Shown piece by piece: positions 37,176 to 48,173 of a stretch of 64,000 bases of DNA. The DNA lies in NCBI GenBank assembly GCA_037142195.1, contig JBAXBA010000005.1, positions 430 through 64,429 on the forward strand, in the 5' to 3' direction. Every line of letters starts with the position of its first letter. The stretch's first letter is position 1. Under the pieces are notes generated by a model, which searched no databases, was not told where the DNA came from, and saw only the letters and a list, made by a program, of their open reading frames with translations. The position numbers were made by a program, and so were the translations under genes. This DNA is from Pseudomonadota bacterium (GTDB lineage Bacteria; Bdellovibrionota_B; Oligoflexia; Oligoflexales; CAIMVM01).

Positions 37176-37320
37176 ATAGACTTTGTGGGATGGCTCTTTT
37201 CTGTTGTACCTCTGCATACCTAGCTGAAATCATGGCCAAAGCCCATAGTGGCGCTGGTTTAGAGGTAGACGCCAACTCCATAAGGCGATACCATGCCCAA
37301 CTGTTTTCAAGTGAGGGCTC

Positions 37321-39243
37321 ATGATTAAGCTTCAAGATCTATCGAAATCCTTTGGCACAAGAGTGCTATTTCAGCGACTCAACTATCATTTTCCTACTGG
37401 AAAGCGGATCTCTTTAGTCGGATCAAACGGCGCTGGAAAGTCGACGTTACTAAGCCTTATGACTGGACAACTCGACTGCGATGAAGGACAGATCCTTTAC
37501 CCTAAAACTGTAGAACTGGGCTTTCTTCCGCAAGAGCCCAACCCCAATCCAAAATCGACTGTGGTCGAAGAGTCTATGAATGGCAGCGGACGCATGCAGC
37601 GCCTAAAACAGGATTACGACCGTGCCTTATCCGCCCTAGAAAAGGAATGGACCCCTGAGCTTCAAAAAAGGTTCGATGCTGCCGAAACCCTTTGGATTCA
37701 AGCTGGGGGAGAGGGATTAGAGTCTAAGGCAAAGTCTGTTCTCATGGGATTAGGATTTAGCCACGAAACCCTTGAAAAAGATCCTAGAAGCCTTTCCGGC
37801 GGCTGGCGCATGCGCTTAGAACTCGCCAAAATATTTATCAATCAGCCTGATTTTTTAATCCTCGATGAACCGACCAACCACTTAGACTTACCGAGTTTAA
37901 TTTGGGTGGAAAAATGGCTTTTAAGCTTTAAGGGAACTTTGCTTTTTGTCTCCCATGACCGGGAACTTTTGAACCGCCTTTCGGAGATCACTCTCCATCT
38001 CGCGAATAAAGCATTGACTCCTTATGCCGGAAACTTTGACTTCTTTTTAGAATCACGCGAGTTAAAACAAGAACAGGACGCCAAAGCTGCGGAAGGCCTT
38101 CGCAAGCGGCGCGCGTCCCTTGAAGAATTTGTCACTAAGTTTGGGGCCAAAGCCTCGAAGGCAGCTCAGGCAAGATCCAAAGCCAAGCTGATTGGCCGCC
38201 TAAAATCCATGGAAGACGAGTTTAACCAAGACGATGACACCTCTTCAATTGGATTTTCCTTCCCCCCGCCTGCCGGATCTGGACGGGAGGTTTTGCGGGT
38301 CGAGTCTTTGGATATTGGTTATACCTTGCCCCTCTCTAAAAACGTTCATTTCAAATTGGAAAAAGGCCAAAAAATCGCCATTATCGGCGCCAACGGCATC
38401 GGAAAATCAACACTACTAAAGACCTTGTCAGGCCGCCTTTCACCACTGGCGGGAAAGTTTGAATTTGGTTTCAATGTAATGCCCACCTATTTTGCCCAAG
38501 ATCAGCTTGAAATCTTTGATAGCGAAAGGTCGGTCTTTGAAAACATTATGGCATCTTCCGATGCTAACGTAGGTCAAAAGCAAATCATGGGGATTCTTGG
38601 TTCTTTTCTTTTTCGAGGCAGTGACGCCCAGAAGAAAGTAAAAGTTCTCTCTGGTGGTGAAAAATCTCGCTTAGGTTTGGCATGTCTTTTGACTCAAAAA
38701 AGCAACTTTCTCCTTTTAGATGAACCCACAAACCATCTCGATATGTCTTCAGCATCCATGCTGAGCGCCGCCCTGGATGATTATGAAGGGAGCGCTCTTT
38801 TTGTCAGCCACGACCGAGACTTTATCAATTCCGTAGCCACTCATGTTTTCGTTATGCTTGCGGATGGACGAAGCCGCATTTTTGAAGGCAATTTAGCTGA
38901 CTATGAGAGACTTTCGGTACTTCAGGGATTTCCCAATGTTTTGCAAACCGCTGAGGAGCCGGTAAAGGTTAAGGCTGAGTCCGTAAACACAAACGGAAAG
39001 GCCGAACATGAACAACGCCAAGCGGAAAAACGTGAGCGTCAAAAGAAGGAACGAGATCTAAAAAAGATCGAATCCGAAATGGAACAACTTCAAGTGACTC
39101 ATAAAAAGCTAGAGTTGGCGATTTCTCATGCTGAAGACTCCAGTCAAGGATTGGAACTCCAAAATCAACTCCTTCAAACTCTCCATAATTTGGCTGAACT
39201 CGAAGAGAGATGGCTGGAAGCTACGTCAAAAGAGGAAACCTGA
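37321..39243 (+). CDS. ABC-F family ATPase (YheS/Uup-like ribosome-associated protein)
   Basis: Two ABC domains (GSNGAGKST, LSGGWRMR, LDEPTNHLD; GANGIGKST, LSGGEKSR, LDEPTNHLD), no TM segments, C-terminal coiled coil. Confidence 0.93.
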   Translation: MIKLQDLSKSFGTRVLFQRLNYHFPTGKRISLVGSNGAGKSTLLSLMTGQLDCDEGQILYPKTVELGFLPQEPNPNPKSTVVEESMNGSGRMQRLKQDYDRALSALEKEWTPELQKRFDAAETLWIQAGGEGLESKAKSVLMGLGFSHETLEKDPRSLSGGWRMRLELAKIFINQPDFLILDEPTNHLDLPSLIWVEKWLLSFKGTLLFVSHDRELLNRLSEITLHLANKALTPYAGNFDFFLESRELKQEQDAKAAEGLRKRRASLEEFVTKFGAKASKAAQARSKAKLIGRLKSMEDEFNQDDDTSSIGFSFPPPAGSGREVLRVESLDIGYTLPLSKNVHFKLEKGQKIAIIGANGIGKSTLLKTLSGRLSPLAGKFEFGFNVMPTYFAQDQLEIFDSERSVFENIMASSDANVGQKQIMGILGSFLFRGSDAQKKVKVLSGGEKSRLGLACLLTQKSNFLLLDEPTNHLDMSSASMLSAALDDYEGSALFVSHDRDFINSVATHVFVMLADGRSRIFEGNLADYERLSVLQGFPNVLQTAEEPVKVKAESVNTNGKAEHEQRQAEKRERQKKERDLKKIESEMEQLQVTHKKLELAISHAEDSSQGLELQNQLLQTLHNLAELEERWLEATSKEET

Positions 39244-39372
39244 GGGAAGCTGGCCGGTTGATTTGAGATGCTCAATTTAATGAGTCCCTTAAAAAATGAA
39301 GATCGATAAACAGCAGGCGTTGCCAAAATAAGAACTCACTTAGGAGTGAAATTTGTAACGAGTGTTTGGATT

Positions 39373-40956
39373 TTAGTCTCCCTTGATTTCCGTTAACGAT
39401 ACATAGAGCGAAGTCCCTTGCCGATTGCATTTAAACTTCTTTCCACCGGCATGGGAGCTCGAACTCAGAACTACAAAATGACTTTGCCAATCTAAGCCGA
39501 CTAAAGCATCTTTGACCAATATGGACGCCACGAAGTTGGAAGCGGAAACCTCTGAATCACTGAGAACTTGGTCTATGGGGAGAGAGGCGTTCATCTTTTT
39601 TGCGAGCTGAATATCCAAAGTTCGCACCACCACGCGAGCATTCGCATTGGCCTTTTTTGCTGAAAGACCATCTGTTAGATTTCTAATCTCATTTTGAGAA
39701 GCGATCACGACTCCCTTCGCTCTCCCGATATGGGCCCTCTTTAACGACTCAGCATCCAACTCGCGACCTTGAACAATCGGCACCAACTTTCTAAGGTCTT
39801 CTGAATAGTCGTCTTTTCCTCCATCAGATACAGCGATGACATTTTCCCCTAGAGCGGTCAACTCTCTTGTAATACTGTAGCCCAGCTTTCCAAGTCCCGA
39901 AACGATGATGTGAGGCTTTTGGTCTCTAAATTGAGGCCCCACTAGATTTCTAAAACGCACAGAAATCATCCTATCGTTAATGAACGAAATGAGCCCGGCT
40001 ACCATCACTAGCGAAAAGAACATTAATATAGATCCGTATATCTTAATCCAAGGTGTTGCATTCTGAAGAGATATGTCACCAAAGCCGGTTGTGGTCATGA
40101 GAGTCGATACAAAATATATAGAATCGAAAACATCCAAAGAAAGACTTTCCCGAAAGATATAAATACTAGAAAGGAAAATAGCCACTATAAAACCAAAGAG
40201 CACTTTAATCTGTTCCGGTATGTCCGTGAAACTTTGATAGACGTTTTTTATCGCCGTAACTACTTTTTTATGCCCGCTGAGTATACCCCTTGAAAGCGCT
40301 CCAGGAATCGAGGGGCTTTTAAAAGGTGAATTATCTGGACTCTTTATGACAAGAACTTTCCAAAGCCCGTGGCCAACGCTGGCTAAAACTTCGTCAGTAG
40401 TTCTTACATTGCCCTCAGACGTAACACCACAAACTAGGAAATGGTTTTCCAAGACGTCAGAAACTTCATTCTTAGAAAGATCAGACAGAGAAATTTCTTG
40501 CAGTAAATAGATGGATTGGTCAATAACCGCCTCGCCGAGTATACTTTTTCCTAAACTCGCCCGCACAAACATCGGCGTTGCAAGTGCTGTTGGATTCCAG
40601 GCTTCCAAATGAGGAAGCTGATCCTTTAAATGTTGAGCTAGGTCATCATGCTGAAGCCGCATGACGATTCGTACTTCGGGATTTAATCGGAATGCATCGA
40701 AAGCAATAGAAATGTTGTGGGAATCTGAATCGGTTACAATCACAATAACCTGTGCCTTTTGAATGCCAGCTTTATCCAATAGATCTTCACGCCGCGCGTC
40801 CCCAAAAAACACTTGAGCCCTTGATCCGCTTAAATATTGGTCCCAATCGGGGTGCGTTTTAAAAGTGACTATAGAAATCGTCGTAGAACTTACCTTTTCA
40901 AGGTAACCCAATATCCTAAATCCTACGCTCCCTAAGCCACAAACTATGGTATGAAT
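39373..40956 (-). CDS. Potassium channel family protein with two TrkA-N/RCK NAD-binding domains
   Basis: Two TM helices around a pore helix and the filter TTTGFGD; Rossmann motif HIIVSGLGKLG. The first Rossmann motif HTIVCGLGSVG lies in frame upstream of the called TTG (40911), so the start is extended to ATT at 40956. Confidence 0.8.
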   Translation of the reverse strand: MHTIVCGLGSVGFRILGYLEKVSSTTISIVTFKTHPDWDQYLSGSRAQVFFGDARREDLLDKAGIQKAQVIVIVTDSDSHNISIAFDAFRLNPEVRIVMRLQHDDLAQHLKDQLPHLEAWNPTALATPMFVRASLGKSILGEAVIDQSIYLLQEISLSDLSKNEVSDVLENHFLVCGVTSEGNVRTTDEVLASVGHGLWKVLVIKSPDNSPFKSPSIPGALSRGILSGHKKVVTAIKNVYQSFTDIPEQIKVLFGFIVAIFLSSIYIFRESLSLDVFDSIYFVSTLMTTTGFGDISLQNATPWIKIYGSILMFFSLVMVAGLISFINDRMISVRFRNLVGPQFRDQKPHIIVSGLGKLGYSITRELTALGENVIAVSDGGKDDYSEDLRKLVPIVQGRELDAESLKRAHIGRAKGVVIASQNEIRNLTDGLSAKKANANARVVVRTLDIQLAKKMNASLPIDQVLSDSEVSASNFVASILVKDALVGLDWQSHFVVLSSSSHAGGKKFKCNRQGTSLYVSLTEIKGD

Positions 40957-41508
40957 AGTATAATTACCTTTAAAATTTAATATGATTATAAGACATTGCA
41001 GAAATCCTGTCGATCTAAAGACGCCACAATCTCTTATAAAGATTCCATTTTCGCCGCCCAGATGTTTTAGGATAAATTTAATTCTTGACCAAGAAAATGT
41101 AAGAAATCAGTAAGATGTTGAAACTCTCTTTTTGAATCGATTGGCTGAATCGCCTACTATCCTTTTAAATTAAAACCTGGGAGATCGTCGCCATCAATGT
41201 CTTTCGCTGACATCAATAGCTGGAATTGTTTCCAAATTCCAAAACAGCTCTACTAAAACTTTTCTTAAGGCAACATGGAAAGTGGCTTAAAAACCTAAAG
41301 GGAATCTCCAAAGACTCGCGATCTTAAATAGATTCCCATACAATTGACGAGACACACCCCATGGCTTGCTGCGACTCGATACTTGGTGTTGGCTGGAACC
41401 TGCATAGACAAAAAGAACCCAGTAACTATAGCCTTCACCTAGTCCACGAGATGCCGCTGGGAGAGGAATGAGATGGACTGTTTTCCACTAAAATTGACGG
41501 CTTCAGCC

Positions 41509-42402
41509 CTAGGGTACAACTAGCACCGGAATGCCGCCATTAAAAGCTCCGTATTGCACCACACAAGTCCCATTTATCAGATCCATTCTAGCCTTGCCAT
41601 CAGATGTTTGATTGACGACTCCCCAAGGAATATTCATACCATCTACAGTCATATAGGCGACGTTGTTGGAATCATAGTGCACGGGAGTAACATTAGAAGT
41701 TCTCACGCCATTGCGGAAAACGGGAGACGTTATGCTATTCACGCTATAGCCTTTACCGTTAGATAGCACGACATACATACTTGTAAATTTAGAGACCACC
41801 GTCGTGGCACCCGTCATGAAATTTGCGGTTGCGGTTTGGCTAAACTGACTGCCCCCGACGCTCACCGTCTGATTTCGAGCCATTACTTCTGGGGCGCAGG
41901 CGGCATAAGTTGGCGGAAGAGGTTGAGGCTCAGGAACAGGAGTTGAAGGCGGATTGGATACGGGAGGAGTTCCCTTAGAAGGCGGGACGTAAGTGCTTGA
42001 CGCAGGGGGCGGCGCTTGTTTGGAATAGACAGGTACATTGGATTGCGAAGGATAGCTGTTTTGGGCATCAGGCCCTGGAAATCCGTACCCAGGTATCCAA
42101 AAATTTCCGACAATTTGATTGGAACCATAATAAGGAATATAGCCTGGATTGGTACCATTTCCTACCGTACCACCCTTGCCTACCACGGTTTGACCATTAT
42201 TATAGGGGTAGCTTTGGGCTGGCTGGTTCTGGTAACCATTTCCGGAGTAGTTGGGATAGGAACCCGGATTCGGCTGATAGTTGGGATTTCCTAAGCAGCC
42301 AGTGCTATTGCATTTTTGATCATCTATAGAAACGATTTTACGGTTAGTTCCACCTGTGGACTGGCAACCAACGACCAACGTCACAAATATAAATGCACGC
42401 AT
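41509..42402 (-). CDS. Hypothetical lipoprotein with N/Y/Q/G/P low-complexity region and small C-terminal beta domain
   Basis: GGAGG RBS; short signal with lipobox VVG-C; NPNYQPNPGSYPNY-type tract; Pro-rich linker. Confidence 0.75.
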   Translation of the reverse strand: MRAFIFVTLVVGCQSTGGTNRKIVSIDDQKCNSTGCLGNPNYQPNPGSYPNYSGNGYQNQPAQSYPYNNGQTVVGKGGTVGNGTNPGYIPYYGSNQIVGNFWIPGYGFPGPDAQNSYPSQSNVPVYSKQAPPPASSTYVPPSKGTPPVSNPPSTPVPEPQPLPPTYAACAPEVMARNQTVSVGGSQFSQTATANFMTGATTVVSKFTSMYVVLSNGKGYSVNSITSPVFRNGVRTSNVTPVHYDSNNVAYMTVDGMNIPWGVVNQTSDGKARMDLINGTCVVQYGAFNGGIPVLVVP

Positions 42403-43402
42403 GCAACCTCCAATCCCTCTAGCGAGACTTGTTGTACCTTTAATGTAACTTGGAAATTAAGGTAATCTACTCGGCAAATTATACCGTCACCTTGTACTTA
42501 CAAAAAAGCCCCCTCGTGAAATTAAGAAACTCTTTTTTGAACTCAAGGGTACAAAAATAAGGAAAGGCTAAACCTCGCCCTAGTGGCAGTTGAATGGAAG
42601 CATATTAGAGAATAAGGCTAGAAACTTTCTACTTAGTTCTTAAGCCATGCTTTTCTGATTCCAGACCTTGCACTGCTGTTTTGATCTGTTCGCAAGGTGC
42701 AGGAAACTTCTGCAAACAATCTGTGAAATACCTTCTTTCTGAGTGGAGCCGAGAATGCTTCTCTGCCGCGTCCTAGCCGAAAGCAACTCTCTTCATGATC
42801 CTTTGAAACATTCCAAACCTATGAAAAACATAAACCATCAAACCCATTCGCAAGTGGTCCAAGTGACTTCAGATTTCCTAGGGCCCATTACCGTGAACTT
42901 ACCAAGTGGCACTCGATCATGTGTTTAAGGAAGCTCTCATAATCCTTAATCTTTAAAAAGATCTTTTGTCAGATCAACCACAAGAAAAAATAGAAAAGCT
43001 AAGAGCACCTCTGTATCTTGAATACTATTTAATATGGTGTGGGTCATTAACATAAGGTTTAACTTCCGAAAACCAGGAAGAAGGATATTTTAACCAAAAC
43101 TCGCTTAAATCCAAAAAGACTTTACCGCACATGCCACTAACCCCATCAAACCACAAAAAATCCCTTTCTTTGCACGGACGAGATCGTTTTGGAAAAATTC
43201 TTCATGGAATCATGGCCTTATTTCGTTATGGAAAGGATTAGAATTTGATCGTCGTTAGGTGATTTCAGGCGACGATTTTAGTCAACTTTGGTAGAGTAGG
43301 ATGCTTAAGGACGTGCAATCTATTGATAAGCAAGAATGGCGATGATGATATAACTTGCCTTTGCATTTTATACTCGTCGCACGTACAGAAGGTGAAAACA
43401 GT

Positions 43403-45328
43403 ATGTGTGGAATCTTAGCAGTATTTTCCCCCAAAAATTTCTCAGTCGATCCTATCAAATTGAAAAATGCGGCAGACATAATGTACCATCGCGGGCCCGA
43501 CGGCCAAAACATCTGGCATGACGCCAAGCACCAGGTTGGTTTAGGACATGCGCGCTTATCTATTATTGATTTGAACCATGGGCACCAGCCTCTAAAAAAC
43601 CAAGATGCCACTTGCATCGCAGTCGTCAATGGTGAACTCTACGACTACAAAAGAATCCGTGCTGAGCTACAGGCAGATGGGGCTGTTTTTCGTACAGAGT
43701 CCGATAGCGAAATCCTTCTTCATTTGTGGGAGAAGTACGGAGCCGAATGCGTACACCATATGCGAGGAGAGTTTTCCTTTGTGCTTTGGGATGCTCGCCA
43801 GGAAGTATTATTTGTAGGGCGAGACCGTTTTGGGATTAAACCTCTCTATTTTGCCCAGAGCCAAGACACTTGGTTTTTTGCGTCAGAAGTAAAAGCTTTG
43901 AAGTCCCTCGGGATTCCTTTGTCTTTTGAAGCTACGGCAACCATGCTTGCTTTTACATACGGTCTTTGCGACTCAAGAACTTTGTTTGATGGTGTGGAAC
44001 AGCTCCCTCCAGGCCATACGCTGCTCCTTTCCAAAGGGCATTCTTCACTTAAAAAATATTGGGATTTCCATTACCCGCTCCGTGGCCACACCTCAAACAT
44101 GGACTTTCAGGATGCCGTTTCCACTCTCCGCTCCCACCTTTTGGAATCCGTGGAATTGCGTTTGGGAGCCGACGTTCCAGTCTCAGTCTACTTGAGCGGC
44201 GGAATTGACTCTTCAGTTCTAGCTGGCATGGCACAACAGGTGAGTTCCTATGCTCCGAAATGCTATACGGTCAGTTTTCAGGACGCAAATTTTGATGAAC
44301 TTTCTTTTGCAAAGGAGACAGCCGAAAAGTTCCATTTGCCCCTCCATGTCCTAAGCGTCTCTGATAGCGATTTGGCAGATCATTTCTCAGAGGCCATTTA
44401 CCGCGCAGAAAGCCTCATCGAAAACCCTGCCCCCATAGCCAAATTTTTGCTAAGTCGAGAAGTACACCAAAACGGAGACCGCGTGGTGCTCACTGGTGAA
44501 GGATCCGATGAGATCTTTGGTGGATATCCGCACTTTAGACAAGATATGTTTCTTCACAATCGTGAAGGACAAGATCCAGCAGAACTTAAAGATTTTCAGG
44601 AATTAATTACAAAAGCAAATTCACGTTTTTCTGGTGGGCTCTTGGGAGACTTTGTTGCTAGTGGGCAAAAAGATTTTGATACCCTTCTTGGATTTACTCC
44701 CATGATCTATAAAACTATTAGCTCCGCTAGTGAACGCGTGATGGGACTGTTTGATGATCCATCACTCGTAGCAAAAAAGAAAGATAGCCTTGCCAAGATG
44801 TTTCTATCATCTTTCGAAATCAACGGGCAGCTGGCAGGCCGTGACCCTCTCAATATTTCCATGTATTTGTGGTCAAAATCATTTCTCATCAATCGACTTT
44901 TAAGGGCCTATGGCGATGGCATGGAAATGAGTCATTCTGTTGAAGGACGGGTCCCCTTTTTAGATCATAAACTCGTGGAATTTGTTAAAACCTTGCCAAC
45001 TCATTTCAAATCTCGGGGACTGACCGATAAATATATCCTTAGAGAGGCTGCAAAGCCTTTTATCTCAGAAAGCATCTATCGACGGCAGAAGCACCCTTTT
45101 TCAGCCCCCGTGATGCCCATGGGCAGTAAGAGCCGACTCAATCAATTTATGCGCGACACTTTGAAGAGCGATGCTATGAGACGTATCGGCATTTTCAGTA
45201 AGAAAGCATGCGAGGGCATTGCGGATCATTTAGGTGACTCAGCCGCCCCCAATGAACCGAACATCGAAATGCTCGCCCTTAGAATGGCCAGCATGGCTGT
45301 TATACAGGAAAGACTCATTGAAAGTTAA
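43403..45328 (+). CDS. asnB: Asparagine synthase (glutamine-hydrolyzing) family amidotransferase
   Basis: True start MCGI at 43403 (Ntn-hydrolase Cys1); HRGPD, LGHARLSIID, NGELY, RDRFGIKPLY, LSGGIDSS, LTGEGSDEIFGGY and EGRVPFLD motifs. Confidence 0.93.
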   Translation: MCGILAVFSPKNFSVDPIKLKNAADIMYHRGPDGQNIWHDAKHQVGLGHARLSIIDLNHGHQPLKNQDATCIAVVNGELYDYKRIRAELQADGAVFRTESDSEILLHLWEKYGAECVHHMRGEFSFVLWDARQEVLFVGRDRFGIKPLYFAQSQDTWFFASEVKALKSLGIPLSFEATATMLAFTYGLCDSRTLFDGVEQLPPGHTLLLSKGHSSLKKYWDFHYPLRGHTSNMDFQDAVSTLRSHLLESVELRLGADVPVSVYLSGGIDSSVLAGMAQQVSSYAPKCYTVSFQDANFDELSFAKETAEKFHLPLHVLSVSDSDLADHFSEAIYRAESLIENPAPIAKFLLSREVHQNGDRVVLTGEGSDEIFGGYPHFRQDMFLHNREGQDPAELKDFQELITKANSRFSGGLLGDFVASGQKDFDTLLGFTPMIYKTISSASERVMGLFDDPSLVAKKKDSLAKMFLSSFEINGQLAGRDPLNISMYLWSKSFLINRLLRAYGDGMEMSHSVEGRVPFLDHKLVEFVKTLPTHFKSRGLTDKYILREAAKPFISESIYRRQKHPFSAPVMPMGSKSRLNQFMRDTLKSDAMRRIGIFSKKACEGIADHLGDSAAPNEPNIEMLALRMASMAVIQERLIES

Positions 45329-45481
45329 CGGGAACGCTCTTTAGTTCGCAATAAAATCCTTAGAAAGCATTGCATTCAAATCTTCTGAAAGGATTAGATG
45401 CCATGCTTTTAAGTTTTCTTGAAACGCCTTGATGCATACCTCTTAAAAAGGCCCTCTTAATTAAAAGAAGTTTTCTAGCGG

Positions 45482-45997
45482 TCAAAGTATCTTTTCAAAT
45501 CGCAAGTCCGCCCACAGTCTACCTTGCCAATAAGTAAAGTCGGGAATGGTATGGAAGTGGCTATAGTTCATTTTTTCGTAAAGCCTTATGGCAGGATGGT
45601 TAAACTCAAAGACACCTAACTCAATCCGTCTGCCTCCCTGCTTGGCCACCTCGATTTCTAAAAACTCTAAAGCTTTAGTGCCAAATCCTCGACCTCTAAA
45701 CTCCTCAGATCCGATGCCAATACCGAGCCATGCGGTCTTGGGTTGAGATTTAAGAAGAGCTGGATGTTCGAAAACAAAATTGAATTCACCAACAAGCTCA
45801 TTATTCTCATAAATTCCAAAGCGAGTTGCCTTGTCGGAGTTCAGGGACTGTTGTAAGTGCTGCCAAGATTTGAATACTGGAGGTGCTTCTAAATCTTTGT
45901 TGACTGTACAAAAAGCGGCATATTTCGGATCATTTCCCCAGGAAAACATACATTTCGCTTCACACTCACCTATCTTCTCCATGGGACGGATTTGCAT
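45482..45997 (-). CDS. GNAT-family N-acetyltransferase
   Basis: Acetyl-CoA motif FRGRGFG; LGVFEFNHPAIRLYEK. Confidence 0.85.
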   Translation of the reverse strand: MQIRPMEKIGECEAKCMFSWGNDPKYAAFCTVNKDLEAPPVFKSWQHLQQSLNSDKATRFGIYENNELVGEFNFVFEHPALLKSQPKTAWLGIGIGSEEFRGRGFGTKALEFLEIEVAKQGGRRIELGVFEFNHPAIRLYEKMNYSHFHTIPDFTYWQGRLWADLRFEKIL

Positions 45998-46119
45998 TTT
46001 TATCCTTGTCAGTCAGCTGTTTATGATTCCCCAGTCTTTAGACTCGTCTGAAAAACTAGGAAATTACAGTGATTCTCCGTTTCAATCGCCTCATTATAAG
46101 CTGTAAATGATAATTAGAA

Positions 46120-46509
46120 CTAAGTTTCAAACTTGCGATCAGCAGGATGGTTAATCCCGTCCATGACCGGAACTACACCCAGTTCAAAAGGATTTACCCC
46201 TTCTAGGCACGCCACATTGAAACCGAACTGATTGGGGTTCGAACGCCGTTGATGATGGGTATAGATTCCGCATACGGAACAGAAGTAGTGTTTTGCCGTC
46301 ATCGTATTAAACTGATAAAGCGTAAGCTTTTCTTGACCTTTAACAATTTTCAGACCTTCAAGAGAGACTGAGGCAGCAATAGCCCCCCGCATTCTACACA
46401 TAGAACAATCACAGCGCCTAGGATTTTCTATGCCATTAGGTAGATGCAATTCGAATTGAATCGCCTTGCAGTGGCATGATGCTTTATGGAATTCATTTAT
46501 AGCAATCAT
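46120..46509 (-). CDS. GFA / CENP-V family zinc protein
   Basis: CHC...CDCSMC...HYFCSVCGIYTHHQRRSNP...NVACLEG motifs. Confidence 0.9.
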   Translation of the reverse strand: MIAINEFHKASCHCKAIQFELHLPNGIENPRRCDCSMCRMRGAIAASVSLEGLKIVKGQEKLTLYQFNTMTAKHYFCSVCGIYTHHQRRSNPNQFGFNVACLEGVNPFELGVVPVMDGINHPADRKFET

Positions 46510-47069
46510 TAAAACCTCAACCGATAGAATCAGAGTGCATTTTATACAAAGAACGACCTATTTCCATAGAAATATTCCAAAAAGCACCAAAGAATTGTCT
46601 TTTCAGCTGAATTTGCTTAGGAAAATACGTTAAAACAAACTTCTTGCAACCACCAACAGAGACAATGTAGTCGATTTTTTCATTTGGCACGAGTCTCGTC
46701 TATAGCTAGGCATCAGAATAGAACAAGTCGTCTTCCGATCTCTAGCAATCACGACTGTCGAATTCATTCCGCTAGACTTGAAACTAAATGATGAGGCAAA
46801 TGCCAGTTCTGCGCATATAAATGGCGCTTTAATTGTAGGGCGTCATTTCCCCTGAGGGCTTTAGTGCAGAAATCTACAATGAGAATCCATACTCATAAAA
46901 TCTTCTACCCTCTCACCATTTAATACAGCCTCGACTAGGCATTGTAGATTCAGTCCTAATGCGCTCCGACACTGATTCTCCCTCCCTTAGGAACAAAGGC
47001 TAGGAAAAAGGAATTGACTCATGTCGTGTTTTAAACTGAGAATAGAACAAACTGTACCAGGAGAGCGAT

Positions 47070-47966
47070 TTGAAAGCAAAATTAGTATATGCCGTAGCGG
47101 CATGCTGCAGTTTGTTCTTATCCGGCGTTTCTCAGTCTTCGGATGTTCGTGAATTGCCTCGTCACTTATGGGTTGATCAGCTTCAAGACAAGTCTCCACC
47201 TATTATGGACCGAGAGTCCTTTGAAAAATTAGTCGTGAGTGTTTTGTCCTACTTTGACAAATACGCTGCTAAGAATCGTGCAAAAATTACTTACGAGATA
47301 TTTTGGGATAGCTCCTCAAGCGGAGCTTTTACTCTACGAAAAGATCAGGGACATACATGGCATTTTTTCGTTTATGATGGAGTTCTTAGACTTCCCTATG
47401 CGACTGAAGATCTCATTTCATCGATACTATGTCACGAAGTTGGACATCATCTTGGAGGATATCCCTTTAAAGAAAATGCATGGGCTGCTGCAGAGGGACA
47501 AGCTGACTATTTTGCGATGCATGTCTGTCTACCTGAACTTTTTGCTCGTAAACCCCAAAAAAACGCCGAATATCGCGATCGAGCTCCTTTAGTCTTAAAG
47601 CAGCTTTGTGACAAGTCCTTCGCCGATCCCATAAGACGAGATGTCTGCTACCGAGAAGCAGTAACCGTTGAAACCCTTCTTAAATACGAAGGAAGTGATG
47701 GCAAAGTTAAGCTCTCGCTTACAAATAGAGATCCTCTCAAAGTTGACACTACTAACTTACTTCATCCTGGTGCGCAGTGTAGAATCGACACCGCTATTTC
47801 CGGCGCCATGTGCAGCATGAAATTTCAACTAGGATATGTCCCTGGATATTTTGATAAGGGTCAGAATACGCCTGAAGCTGAGTTAGACTCTAATCAGTAT
47901 GTATGTAATGGTGAAGGCCAATTGTCATCCCGTCCGTCATGCTGGTATCACTCTGTAGTTCATTAA
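47070..47966 (+). CDS. Secreted zinc metallopeptidase (HExxH)
   Basis: TTG start with AGGAG RBS; signal peptide; ILCHEVGHHLGG, downstream EGQADYFA and HPGAQCR; Cys-rich C-terminus. Confidence 0.75.
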   Translation: MKAKLVYAVAACCSLFLSGVSQSSDVRELPRHLWVDQLQDKSPPIMDRESFEKLVVSVLSYFDKYAAKNRAKITYEIFWDSSSSGAFTLRKDQGHTWHFFVYDGVLRLPYATEDLISSILCHEVGHHLGGYPFKENAWAAAEGQADYFAMHVCLPELFARKPQKNAEYRDRAPLVLKQLCDKSFADPIRRDVCYREAVTVETLLKYEGSDGKVKLSLTNRDPLKVDTTNLLHPGAQCRIDTAISGAMCSMKFQLGYVPGYFDKGQNTPEAELDSNQYVCNGEGQLSSRPSCWYHSVVH

Positions 47967-48173
47967 GTGACTTCCTGTCGCCGCACTCAATCCCTTGATG
48001 CAACAGAGTTAAGATAGATAAATCAAACAAAGACAAATAATTTTCTTGTTTTATGGAGACCTAATAGAGGACAATAGATAAAACGCATATTTAGGGGATC
48101 AGGTGTGAATTTAGGTACTACTAAATTGTGTTTTATGCTTCTTTTAACGGCTATTTTCGTAATTTAAGGAGAA

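Noticed and set aside
43403-45328. AsnB homolog as a lasso-peptide cyclase or part of a biosynthetic cluster
   Set aside because: Intact Cys1 glutaminase domain, and no adjacent precursor, RRE/B protein or other biosynthetic genes.
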